Positions 12,693 through 24,281 of a stretch of DNA of 64,000 nucleotides are shown here, piece by piece. The notes beneath the pieces are model-generated. The model was not told the DNA's origin, searched no databases, and worked only from the letters and a program-made list of their open reading frames with translations. Where the stretch lies: contig NC_043011.1 of assembly GCF_006345805.1 (NCBI RefSeq), positions 34,174,464-34,238,463 of the forward strand, in the 5' to 3' direction. The translations under genes and the position numbers were made by a program. This DNA is from Octopus sinensis (taxonomy: Eukaryota). The first letter of the stretch is position 1. Every line of letters begins with the position of its first letter.

Positions 12693-12874
12693 TAAAGAAA
12701 CCTGAGATGTTGAGTTTTGAAGATGCTGCTTGTGGCATCGGTGATTGCTTACATGCTTACACTGCACTTCACTACCTCTGTCGACTCTGTGCTGGAGACA
12801 CAATACTCGTAATGGATGGAGCCTCTACTTTTGGCAGTATTACCATTCAGCTAGCCCTGAGTTGGGGGGCAAAG
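12693..12874 (+). CDS. CRYZL1: CRYZL1 exon 5 ([61 protein letters not shown])
   Basis: AYTALHYL and MDGAS.FG.I.IQLA are CRYZL1-specific signatures; TAG acceptor, AAG|GTAAAG donor. Confidence 0.97.
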
Positions 12875-13568
12875 GTAAAGACAATTCATTTTCAGTTTCA
12901 ATGAAATAAATAAATGCCTTCTTTTGTGGTACCTTGGGTCATTATGCCAAAATAAACACACACACACTGATTCTGTTTCACTTTATTGTATTATTAATAT
13001 TATAGGCAGTAAGGCAAGCAAGCTAGCAAAATCGTTACTGCACCAAGCAAAATGCCTAGTGGCATTTCTTCTGGCTCTTTACACCCTGAGTTCAAATCTT
13101 GCCAAGGCCGAGTTTGCCTTTCATCTTTGTTGGGGTTCATAAAATAAGTATCAATCAAGTACTGAGGTTGATGTAATCAACTTACCAAGCTCCTCAAAAT
13201 TGCTGGCCTTGTGCCAAAACTTGACATGTTGTTGTTGTTATTGATGATGATGCTACTGCTGCTGCTGCAGCAGCAGCAGGGAGCTGGCAGAATCGTTAGC
13301 ATGCCAGGTGAAATACTGAGCAGTATTTCACCTGTCTCTATGTTCTGAGTTCAAATTCCATCGAGGTTGACTTTGCCTTTCATCCTTTCGTGGTCAATAG
13401 ATTAAGTACCAGTTACTCACTGGGGGCGATGTAATCGACTTATCCCCACCACCCAAATTTCAGGCCTTGTGCCTATTGTAGAAAGGATTATTATTATTAT
13501 TATTATTATCATCATCATTATTGTTGTTGTTGTTGTTCTTCTTCTTCTTCTTATTATTATTATTATTA

Positions 13569-13620
<52 letters not shown>

Positions 13621-14248
13621 AATAAAGCTGTGAGCTGGCAGAATTGTTACCATGATGGGCAAAATGCTTAGCAGTATTTCATCCATTTTCATGATCTGAG
13701 TTCAAATTCCACTGAAGTTGACTTTTCCTTTCATCCTTTCGGGGTTGATTAAATAAGTACTGGAATCAATGTAACCGACTTACTCTTTCCCCCGAAATTG
13801 CTGGCCCTGTGCCAAAATTTGAAGCTATTATTGTTGTTGTTGTTATTATTATTATTAATCTGATAGTTAACCATTTAACCAGTTAGCCAATCAGTCCATG
13901 CTAGCATGTAAAAGTGGATGTGAAATGCCGATGAATGATGACGATGATTATATAAATAAATAAATATGTGTGCAAATATGTGTGTATACACTACATAAAC
14001 ATGTACGTATATATTTAAGAATAATACTCACTGAATTACCTCCCCTTGAGCCTGGATTTTCATATTTTCATGTTTTTTTTTTTCCCCACAGTGTGTTTTT
14101 AGTATTAAATCTTGATAAAATTCCTATTAAAAAACTACCTTTTGAATTGTAATATTAATTGCAGCAGACAGTGAAAATATAAAATTTAGAGTAGTAACAG
14201 TGGGAAGTGTCACACATCCTATTATTTTTCATGAATTTTAGTTAATAT

Positions 14249-14359
14249 ATCGTGACGCATATTTGCCATTTGAATATGGCTAACCCCTAAGGGTGGATGC
14301 TACTTAGGGGTCCACCCTTAGGGGCTAGCCATATTCAAATGGCAAATATGCGTCACGAT
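14249..14359. repeat. Near-perfect 49-bp-arm inverted repeat
   Basis: Arms 14249-14297 and 14311-14359, one mismatch, 13-nt spacer. Confidence 0.85.
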
Positions 14360-14443
14360 GTGTTATCGCTACTGTTTATAACTCGCTCTGAGATTTATCA
14401 TTGTTAGTTAATATATTTTAATATATATTATAAATCTCTCTAG

Positions 14444-14507
14444 GTTATTACAACTGTGGCTTCTGCAGATGAACGGAATTTTTTAAAGTCATCAATCCCT
14501 TCATTAG
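14444..14507 (+). CDS. CRYZL1: CRYZL1 exon 6 (VITTVASADERNFLKSSIPSL)
   Basis: CTAG acceptor, G|GTAAAT donor; aligns to human VISTACSLEDKQCL (recalled). Confidence 0.92.
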
Positions 14508-14619
14508 GTAAATAATAGTTAATCTTATTCCACCTTGGTACTCCATTCTTTCTAAAAACATATTCTTATCAATTTTATTGTCTTTTATCTTTTATTTACA
14601 TGTTCTATTGAACAGTGGC

Positions 14620-15180
14620 CATGCTATGGGTTGTTTACAAAGATGACACCATTGACAAGAGCAATGTGTACAGATGGAAGAAGTTCAAAGAAAGGGAAAC
14701 CACACAGTGTAAGGCCATCAACTGCAGCTGCTGACAAGTACATGAAATGATATGCATCGATAAACAAGTTGCAGTTTGTGGAACTTGTTGCATAACTGGA
14801 CTATGGTCAAAATAGATTACGGGAAATGGTGAAAGACTGGTCATTAGAAAACCTGTGCAAACTGGGTACTTTGGCAGTTGACAAATGATTTGAAAGAGAA
14901 AAGTATGGAAGTCTGCTCAGATCTGCTGGAAGCATTTGAAGCCGATGAGAACACATTTCATTTTAATCTGGTGACAGGGGATGAAACGTATATATTTTTA
15001 TGATCTAAAAAGGAAGTCTGAGTTCACAGAATGGGGGCACATCGCTTTTCCATTCCATGGCTTAAAAATTTCAAGAGCCAGTAATCAGCACAGCAGAATA
15101 AGGTGACCTGTTCTTTGAGATGACAAGGGAGTCATTTGTCTTGATCTTCTGGAACTTAACTGAATTATCAACACAGTAAA
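14620..15180 (+). mobile_element. Degenerate mariner (DD34D) transposase fragment
   Basis: About 14872-14990 translates WQLTNDLKEKSMEVCSDLLEAFEADENTFHFNLVTGDETY (VTGDETW motif), later DDKGVICLDLLE; frameshifted. Confidence 0.75.
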
Positions 15181-15471
15181 AATTGGACAAATGTTTTGTT
15201 ATTCTCTGATTCCAGCTATGCCAGTGTCTATATGCAAGGACACATATATATCTCTTGTTGCTCCAGTCCAGTCCAGTGACCTGGAGTTGTACCAGTAGTA
15301 ACTGGAAAGTTAACCCTACAATGGTCTGGCATTTTGTTTAGGGTGTTGTCTTATACTCTCGTTCACTTAAATGCTTTAGAGCCTACGATAAGCTCTGGCT
15401 TAATTAGCCTCTTGGCTCAGGACATTCTCTAACTTCTTTTTTTAACAGTGTATAATTCACTCTCCTTTCAG

Positions 15472-15570
15472 CACAAATAATTGATGTGAGTGGCCACGGC
15501 AGTATGTTACGCAGCAGTGTAATGGAAGAGACTGGGGGACTGGGAGTTGACTGTATCATTGACAATGGCG
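15472..15570 (+). CDS. CRYZL1: CRYZL1 exon 7 (AQIIDVSGHGSMLRSSVMEETGGLGVDCIIDNG)
   Basis: EETGGLGVD motif; TTTCAG acceptor, G|GTAAGT donor. Confidence 0.96.
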
Positions 15571-16121
15571 GTAAGTTTACTGAACAAAATTTTATCAATG
15601 TTCCTTCTAGGGGCTATAATAGATTCAACTGTAGATTCCTTTTGCAGTAAATAACTGCATTTAGTCTTATCATATTTGATGGCATCGAAGATGTAATTTT
15701 TTCCCTAAAAAATGTCTCAAAAAAATCAAACCAGATCCTATATTTTTATTTTCATTTTATATGTAAAGGTACATGAAATGGACATGGGTACAAGTGTGGG
15801 GTTAAGAAGCATATTTTGCAGTCAAGTGGCTTCTGGTTCAGTCCCACTACATGGCACCATTTGTCAAGCAATGGCTGAGGCACACAAAAACACACATATA
15901 TACATATATGATAGGCTCACACATTTTCCCTTTGCCATATTCACTCACAAGGGTTTGCTTAACCTGAGGGTTATTGTAGAAGACACTTGCCTAAGGTGCC
16001 ACACAGTAAAAGTAAACTAGAAACCACTTGACTGCAAAGTGAGCTTCTTAACCTCACAGCTGTGCCTGCATCCATTTCATGGACTTTTTACTCATAAAAT
16101 AAACAAAAGAGAAATTTTTTT

Positions 16122-17072
16122 GGATCTTTTCACTTTGACCGGCAGATTTTTAAAATGATTTCTTTGTAACTAAACACTTTTAAACTTCGCATACTGATAG
16201 AATGTGTTACATAAAACATCTTTTTCTCTCGGCTTTCTTGAGAAAATTCTGTAGTTTGTAAGCTATTTGTTGTTTAATTTCTTGCATTTCGGCAATTTCA
16301 ACCAATCAGTGACGACTATTGAGGTGAATACAATTTGTCCAGATCTTTGTCAACAACAATTATTTGTGGTGTCATATGAATTTGTCACTGTTATTTATGA
16401 CATATTTCATATCAGTTACGTTCGTATGAATAAAAGATTATCGTTATTAAACTTTTATTAATAAACACATATTCTAAGTTCACAACATATGCAGTTTTAA
16501 TTTTCCTCTCTGTTACACAGATACGCACATTACATATTATATATTTGTTTAAGAAACAAATTGGGTTTATTTACATTTCTGAAGAAAAAAAGATACCCTT
16601 CCCTCCACCCCTAACCTTTACCCTAACTCTAACCCTAACCCAACCCCTAACCCTAACTCTAACTCTAACCCTAACCCTAAAACAGATTGAAATGCAATAG
16701 ATCGATACTAGGGTCACTAAAGAGGGAATGGTTTTGTTATCCAGCTCTGTTTACGAGTGACCCCTCAGTTTATGGCCACAGGGTATCTTTTTTCTCATAA
16801 ATAACAGTGACAAATTCATATGACACCACAAATAATTGTTGTTGACAAAGATCCGGAGATATTGTATTCATCTCAATAGATGTCATTGATTGGTTGAAAT
16901 TGCCGAAATGCAAGAAATTAAACAACAAATAGCTTACAAACTACAGAATTTTCTCTAGAAAGCCAAGAGAAAAAGATGTTTTATAAACACATTCTACCAG
17001 TATACGAAGTTTAAAAGTGTTTAATTACAAAGAAATTATTTTAAAAATCTGCCGGTCAAAGCGAAAAGATCC
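16122..17072. mobile_element. Foldback-type non-autonomous DNA transposon with long TIRs and internal (CCCTAA)n; possibly Merlin or MULE superfamily
   Basis: GGATCTTTTCACTTTGACCGGCAG.. / ..CTGCCGGTCAAAGCGAAAAGATCC. About 270-bp inverted arms, 8-bp TSD ATTTTTTT, degenerate CCCTAA array at about 16608-16680. Confidence 0.8.
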
Positions 17073-17201
17073 ATTTTTTTTACACCAACAAAATGGAGTA
17101 AAGTCTAATTTTTGTAGGGAGTCTTTCTTGTTTCAGAGATTTCTTCATGGTAAATAACAAAAACAAAAAATTAAATGCATCTTTTTCTGCTCTACTTACA
17201 G

Positions 17202-17335
17202 TACGTATGTTTACAGAAACAGATGATATCATCTTCACAAAGGAAAATTTCTCTCGGCCAGTGCCACATAAACACGACTTGATCTCCTGCCTCGGGTCGT
17301 TTGGTCGATGGGTTACCTCTCAGCCTGATTTACAG
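17202..17335 (+). CDS. CRYZL1: CRYZL1 exon 8 (VRMFTETDDIIFTKENFSRPVPHKHDLISCLGSFGRWVTSQPDLQ)
   Basis: PHKHD.I..LG..G.WVT...LQ signature; TACAG acceptor, CAG|GTAATA donor. Confidence 0.96.
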
Positions 17336-17799
17336 GTAATATTCTCTGCTTTGCTACCTTTGTGCAGGTGTTTGATGGGAGGGGATGAATATGGGAGTGT
17401 TGGGAATAGTGTTATTTTCAAATATATTTCTCTTTGGTATACACTTTTACACTTTTACTTGTTTCAGTCATTTTGACTGTGGCCATGCTGGAGCACTGCC
17501 TTTTAGTTGAAGAAATCGACCCCAGGTATTGTTGTGTTATGCATATGAACAATTGCATCAAGATGTGCCAATCTCTAATTATGGAGAAAATATGTGAAAG
17601 GGGTAGACTCAGGAAGGTATAGGATGAAGTGGTGAGAATGGACGTTCAGACATTGGGCCTCAGAGAGGGGATGACAAAGGACCAATACTCCTGGCAGTTT
17701 GCTGTGCTTGAGAAGGTATGTTAAGCTAACTAAAATCGTGGTTATCCTTACATATAGGCATGTCCCCTGCATCCCACTTAAGTTGAGCAATCCTAATTT

Positions 17800-20700
17800 T
17801 GTGGAATCATGGAAGATGATTTTTGAGGAAGAAGTAGTGAGGGTGATTTGTGGGTATGGTCTGCAAAGTGGAAGAGGGATCACTGAGAAAGAGCAGTTCT
17901 TTGATGAAATGGTGAGTGAGTGGAACTTACATAAGATAGATGAATTGGTTTTGGGCATGGGTGATTTTAATGGATGCAGGGCTTTGAGGGTGTGCATGGG
18001 GGGGAAATGGAATTGGGAAGAGAATATGGAAGGAAGGAAGGATGCTGTTGGAGTTTTGCGATGAGAATGAGTTGTGTGTGGTGAACATGTGGTTTAGGAA
18101 AGCAGAGAAAAGGAAGGTGAGTTTCAGTGCAGGTGGGAATGAGACTGATTTCATGTTGGTTGGCATGGAAAACAGAAAGTATCTGAGAGATGTGAAGACA
18201 ATACCAGGAGAGTTGCAGTACGGGTTGGTGGTTGCTGACTTGGATAAGAAGTTAAAAAGTGTGTGAGGGAACGGTTGAGAGGGGAATGGTGTGGAAACTG
18301 AAGGAAGAAGAAACAAGAGCAAATTTTGAGGAGAGAGTTGGGAAGTTGATGCACCGGATTTGTGGAAGTCTTTTAAGGAAGGGATACTAAAGGCATGTGA
18401 TGAAGTGTGTGGAAGGACGAAAAGTAGGAGAGATTGAGGAGATAGGTGGTGGTGGTGGAACGAGAAGGTGAGGAATGTGATAGTAAGGAAGTAGGAGTTG
18501 CACAAAGCTTTATGTAATAACTGGATCAAACAAACGGAAGTCGTGTATAATAACATAAAGAATCCTGCAAAGAGGGCATTTGTGAGATCTATGAGGAGGG
18601 AGCTGAGGAGAAGTTGAGTAGGCTGGATGAGAACCCAGATAGAGTGTTTAGGTTTATTAAATCAATGAAAAAAGATGGAAGAGATGTTGAAGGAGGGAGA
18701 GTGATGGAAGGTTGAATTTTAGTGAGAACAGAGTTTGGAAAGAGCATATGGAGGGAGTTATGGATGAGGAGAATGAATGGGATCAGAGAAGGAAGAAGTA
18801 GTGGAGGCAACGAAGGAAATGAAAACAGGAAAGGCAGCTGGTCCATCAAACATAAGTGTGGAAATGATAACTGCAAGCGGAAAGATAGGGTTTGTTGTGT
18901 TGATGGAGCTTTGTCAGGGTGTGCTGGATGGAAGAGGCATGCCAGATGACTGGGCACTAAATGTGTTAGTAGTGATCTTCAAGAGAAAGGGGGATGCGAT
19001 GAGTTGTGGGGCATATAGGGGAGTGAAGTTCTTGGAGCATGCAATGAAGATTGTGAAAAGGGTGTTGGAGAGGAGAATTCGGAAAACAGTGGATGTAGAC
19101 AAGATGCAATTTGGTTTTATGCCAGGAAAGGAGACAATAGATGCAGTATTCATTGTAAGGAGGCTGCAAGAGGAATACCGAGATAAGGAGGAGGAATTGT
19201 ACATGTGCTTCGTTGATCTGGAAAAGGTATTTGATAGGGTTCCAAGGAAGTTGATTGAGTGGGCATTGAGGGAGAGAGGTGTACTAGGGATAATAGTGAG
19301 AGCATTAATGAGTTAGTATGAAGGGGTAAAGACAAGATTTAGAGTTGGATCATAGCTGTCAGAGGAGTTTGCCGTGTAAGTTGGTGCATATCAGAGATCT
19401 GTGTTTTCACCGTTGTTTGCAATAGTGGTTGATGTTGTGATGGAGAGTACAAGAGAGGCATTGATAATGGAGATACTGTATGTGGATGGTCTTGTTCTGA
19501 TAAGTGAGACAATGGAGGGATTGAAGGAGAAGTTTCGGAAATGGAAGGAGGCATTTGAAAGCAAGGGTTTAAAGGTAAACCTCAGGAAAACAATGATGAT
19601 GGTGAGGAAGAGAGTGTTGTGTACAAAATGTGAGAAATGTATTCATGGTAGGTGTACGAAAATAAAGAAGGTGACCCCCAACACTGGCAAGAGATTTTAT
19701 TTGTAGAAGATGTGAAAAAAGAGCTGGAGGGCTGATAGAATCAGTGAAAATGCTATAATAATAATAATAATAATTGTGTACAGTGCTCAGGTGCACTACA
19801 ACTCATCTAAAGTGTATATATAATCATGTGTAGTTTCAGCGGATTTCGGAAAGCATGAGGGCCTTAAAGGATGCAGTGTCATGGCAGTCAACAACTGACG
19901 CAGGCAGTTTATTCCATGCTTCAGCAACTCTGAGCGTGGTTTCCGAAAGTCATGGGAGCTGTGTTGTTTTCTGACTTTGTAGGCATGTCCACGTGTGTTA
20001 GACACATGGAGATCAAAAAGGTGTTCAGTGTTGTTGTTGGTGAGGTGGTTGATAACTTTGTGGGTGTTTACCAAGTCCGTCGCCAGACGCCGGAGCTTCA
20101 GTGAATCCATGCCCTGGGAAACAAGGCGCTCAGAATATGGTAGGTGTCTGATGGAAGGTATGCATTTGGTTGCACGTCTCTGGACAGATTCCAGGAGGTC
20201 AATGTTCTGAGCAAGATAGGGGTTCCAAACTGATGATGCGAATTCCAAGTGTGGTCGTACCATAGCTGTATACAGTTTTAAAGAGATGGCTGGAGAGCGG
20301 CTAACAAAAGTCTTGCTGAGTGATGCCAAGACACCCTCGGCCTTCTTGACAATTTTAGAGATATGCTTTGTCCAACGCAAATGTGACAAGGTGGAAACAG
20401 TGAGAGGGTTTTGTTAATTGGGAGATAGGATGGATGTAAGTGGTGGATGGGAAGAAGCTGTGACAACATGAGCGAGACTTGGCTGGGTGAAGTTCAGAGA
20501 ATGTGGAGCATTGTTATATGGGAAAAGGTTCTCCTTGAAGATGAAAGGAAGGGTTTATCGAAATTGCATGAGATCTGCAGTGCTGTACGGGAGTGGGAAA
20601 TGGTGTCTGAGGGAAAGCGAAATGGCAATTTTGTGAAGGACCGAGAGAGCAAAGTGTGATGTGAAACTATTGGATAAAAGGAGGGCTGAGGACTTGATGG

Positions 20701-20810
20701 GGATGCTGAGGTTGGAGAAATTGGTGGAACTGGGTGAGATGGTGTGAGAGCAGTTGCTTTAAGAGTGAGGTAGATCCAGCCACCCCCGTTAACGGAGACA
20801 AACCCAGGTT
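17800..20810 (+). mobile_element. Degenerate RTE-clade LINE (APE endonuclease + reverse transcriptase) in intron 8
   Basis: GDFNG, LLEFCDENELCVVNMWFRK, KTGKAAGP, YRGVKFLEHAMK, QFGFMPGKETIDA, FVDLEKVFDRVPR, LYVDGLVL; many stops and frameshifts. Confidence 0.9.
19756..20381 (-). mobile_element. 5'-truncated CR1/L2-like LINE 3' fragment with (ATT)n tail, nested in the RTE element
   Basis: ORF 19796-20389: LYTAMVRPHLEFASSVWNPY..LESVQRRATK..YSERL..TRGH. It splits the RTE peptide ESVKML|CDKVETVRGFC. The same 3' tail recurs at about 43505-43630. Confidence 0.88.
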
Positions 20811-22399
20811 TAAAATATTGGAATTCATGTTATTTTATTTAACAAGATATGTTTGAATATTTCACTACATCTAGTTGTAGAGGCACTTGGCCTAGTTGTT
20901 AGGGTGTTGTATTCACAATCATATGATCATAGTTTCGATTCCCTGAGCAGGCAGTGTGTTGTGTTCTTCAGCAAAACACTTCATTTTACATTGTTTCAGT
21001 CCACTCAGCCATAAATGAGTTCTGGGTTCATTTCCACTGCATGGTATCTTGGGTAAATATCTTCTCCTATAGCCTCAGACTAACCAAAGCCTTGTGAGTA
21101 GATTTGGTAGATGGAAACAGAAAAAACCTCATTGTGTATATGTGTGTGTGTGTGTCTTTGAGTTTGTACACCACCACCGCTCATTAACTAGTGTTGGCAT
21201 TTTTATGTCCCCCATAAAAGAAACCAATATAAGTACCAGGCTTCAATAAAAGAAATAAATACCAGGGTGGATTCATTTGACTAAAAGTCCTTCAAGGCAG
21301 TGCCCCAGCATGGCCACAGTCTAATGACTGAAACAAGTAAAAGATATATATATTTCTTTACTACCCACAAGGGGTTAAACACAGAGAGGACAAACAAGGA
21401 CAGACAAACGGATTAAGTCGATTACATTGACCCCCAGTGCGTTACTGGTACTTATTTAATCGACCCCGAAAGGATGAAAGGCAAAGTCAACCTCGGCGGA
21501 ATTTGAACTCAGAACGTAACGACAGACGAAATACGGCTACGCATTTCGCCTGGCGTGCTAATGGTTCTGCCATATAGACTGCATGATTAAGAGATATATG
21601 CACACACATACACACACACATGCAGCAGGCTTCCTGCAGTTTCCATGTACCACTAAATTCACTCTCAAAGCTTCAGGGCTGTAGTAGAAGTCACTTACCT
21701 AAGGTTCTACACCATGGGACAGAACCTGAAACCATACAGTTGCAAAGTGACTGTCTTACCCACCACCCCCATACTACCACCACCACCACTACTACTGCTA
21801 TGAGAACCATCATTATCATTTTTGTATCCAACTCATGAAATATTGTCAGTAATTTTACCACCCACTCACAGCTACTACCATACACCCATGGTGGTGGCGT
21901 AGGTGGTGGTTACAGTAATAATTGTGATTTAGGTGTGATTTTGGTGGGGGGTGGGGGTGCTGAGATATTGTTTTCCTCATTTTTATGGGTCATAATGCAG
22001 GGCCTTCAAATAATTTACTTATCTTTTAAACCAAATGTTATCAAGTTGTTTTTCCCTTATGCTGTCCCCTTTTCATACCACCCACTTCTAGTTCTACTGT
22101 ACCAAACTGTCCTCCATTTAACATGCTCATATCTAAGCTAAAACCTTCCATCATAATTTCATGTAAGATAATTCCATTTATTCATACTCTGATATGTGCT
22201 AAATTTTATAATGAAAATGTTAATTATTTCACTAAAGCTATCTAATTAGCTGATTATTTTCAAAAGTAATTAAAACATGGAAACACATAAGTACTGTATT
22301 TGCTGAAACATACATGATTTGATCGATAAGTAACTGCACTATTGCCATAGTAACAAAACTAATGCACACAGAGTAAAGCCGCTTGGCATAGATTGACCT

Positions 22400-22720
22400 C
22401 AAACTCTGTTGTGCATGCACACTAAGTTTTAACATTCTAGCTCACTTCCTCTGTTTACAACAATGCTTGGAAAGTACATGTGTAGCGTGTGGTCATTGCA
22501 TTGATCATGATAGAGAAAGTTGAGCAGAGAATCTGTATCAAATTTTGCCAAAAGCTTGGTGATACCTGCTCAGATGCCTATGCAAGGTTTTCAAAAAGTT
22601 TTCATCGTTCTCAGCACAATCAAAGAAATCATGTGCAACTGAAACCCAAGTCTCTCTTTGGTCAGCTGAAAACAGTTTGGGCACAAACTTGGCAGACACA
22701 CATCACTTACATCATTTTGT
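22400..22720 (+). mobile_element. Mariner-derived fragment (transposase N-terminus)
   Basis: MIEKVEQRICIKFCQKLGDTCSDAY, typical of the mariner HTH start. Confidence 0.6.
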
Positions 22721-22753
22721 CATTCATTAATTGATATGTATGTGTGTGTGTAC

Positions 22754-22797
<44 letters not shown>

Positions 22798-23172
22798 GTT
22801 TTGATGTTTTGAGAAAGAATATGATTAATCAGAAATTCTCTCACAAAGTTAAGGTTTGCACTTAGAAGTGCTCAAGAGACAAAAGATAAAAGTATATAAT
22901 ATGAAGAAACGTAAGACCAGGTAATTTAATCCACAAACATGACTCCAGTTTGAGATGAATTTGAAGAACAAATTTATACATGATACATTAAAAATACATA
23001 GACACTTTTTAAAAATCTATAAATAAAAAAATATATATAACGTAATAGATTTTAAATGAGGTTTTAGATGTAGACATTAATATATATATATATGTGAAGT
23101 ATAAGGAAAGGGAAAATTGTAGGTATATATGAACTTCAATTCATAATCCAAGTTGGTACAGAACCAACATAT

Positions 23173-23262
23173 ATTTTACAAATTGTTTCGGAGTCTAATT
23201 AATTCCAAAAACAAAACAAAATACTCTTCAAGAAATAAAAATTAGATTCTTCATCAAGAATT
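23173..23262 (-). ncRNA. Degenerate hammerhead motif with long stem II
   Basis: Minus strand: TTGATGA-AGAATCTAATT..AATTAGACTCC-GAAA-CAATTTG-TA. Confidence 0.4.
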
Positions 23263-23463
23263 ACATACTCCTATGAATATTTTATGAGCAACAAAAATAT
23301 ACAAAGTCCTTTCATAGCCCAGATGGGAACAAACAAATAATATATATAATGTATGTACTTATACATGTGTGTTTATAATGTACATGTATAATTTACACAC
23401 ATGGGTATATATTATATATTATATCCATTTAAAAGTATTAAATGATAGAGGTTAGTGTCACAA

Positions 23464-23513
23464 CTTGCCTGAAGACATTATATACTTTTACGGGTGAAAT
23501 TCAGAGTAGCGAG
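23464..23513 (+). ncRNA. Hammerhead-like motif
   Basis: CTTGC-CTGAAGA..GAAA-TTCAGAG-TA-GCGAG. Stem I CTTGC/GCGAG and GUA triplet present; stem II decayed. Confidence 0.4.
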
Positions 23514-23548
23514 AGGCTGACTCAACCATAGTAAAATATAAAAATATT

Positions 23549-23598
<50 letters not shown>

Positions 23599-23795
23599 AC
23601 ATATATATTAGCCATTACACACATTTTTTTCTCTCCTTGTTTTTTCTGTGTCCCTTTCTGTAGAACAGTGTAGGCTCGAAACGTAAAAGACTTTTTCTAT
23701 TCCTGAGCGTTATACTAATACATCTGTTTGTTTTGTACACCACCTGTCTTCGTCTTTTGTAAACTATCCCTATATATATACATATATATATATAC

Positions 23796-23936
23796 ATTAA
23801 AATTAATCAAAGGACATACTAAGTATGTCTACCTTGAAATAACAGTCTTATTAAATCGCCAAAAATACACTGATGAGTTTTGACTGTTATTTCAAGCAGG
23901 TAGACATACTTAGTATGTCTTTTGAATAACTTTAAT
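23796..23936. repeat. Inverted repeat (about 52-bp arms) whose arms contain the palindrome GACATACT(A/T)AGTATGTC
   Basis: Arms 23796-23847 and 23882-23936 are reverse complements with a few mismatches and a 2-3 nt indel. Confidence 0.8.
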
Positions 23937-24175
23937 CCCTCAGCTATTTAATGCTATTTTTTTGGCCTGCTATTGCCTGTGTCATTGATTCTGTTATTAT
24001 CATTTTTAAAATAGTTACATTGGATAATAATAGAATTAGTGACACCATCGCAAATTAATTTTTGGTGAATTATATATACATATATATATATATATATATG
24101 GTCCAACCCATGCTAACATGGAAAGCGGACGTTAAACGATGATGATGATGATTCATTTCTTTTATCTTTATTCAG

Positions 24176-24281
24176 CTGGACCCACCAGATTCACGTGAAT
24201 TGTTTCTGCGTAGTGGCAGTCTCTGCTTTCTGTTTGATTCAATATGGACAATGTCATACTCCCAACATGGACGTTATAAAC
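24176..24281 (+). CDS. CRYZL1: CRYZL1 exon 9 (LDPPDSRELFLRSGSLCFLFDSIWTMSYSQHGRYK)
   Basis: LDPPDS..LFL signature; TTCAG acceptor; ends at the U12 donor ATATCCTT. Confidence 0.95.

Noticed and set aside
12239-12705. Long YI/IY/HT/CV-rich ORFs here and at about 28900-29230, 42510-42810, 44400-45070, 49520-50190, 58070-59230 and 62305-62641
   Set aside because: Translations of (TA)n, (CA)n and (ATT)n microsatellites, which lack stops in some frames; not genes.
16608-16680. (CCCTAA)n as evidence of a chromosome end or fusion site
   Set aside because: Short, degenerate, inside a TSD-flanked transposon within an intron.
17927-18957. Long minus-strand Ser/Leu/Pro/Phe-rich ORFs (209 aa, 122 aa)
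   Set aside because: Antisense shadows of the purine-rich RTE coding strand.
18777-19316. 179-aa reverse transcriptase ORF
   Set aside because: Part of a frameshifted RTE LINE with a degenerate catalytic motif (YVDG in place of YADD in the next fragment); not a functional or domesticated RT.
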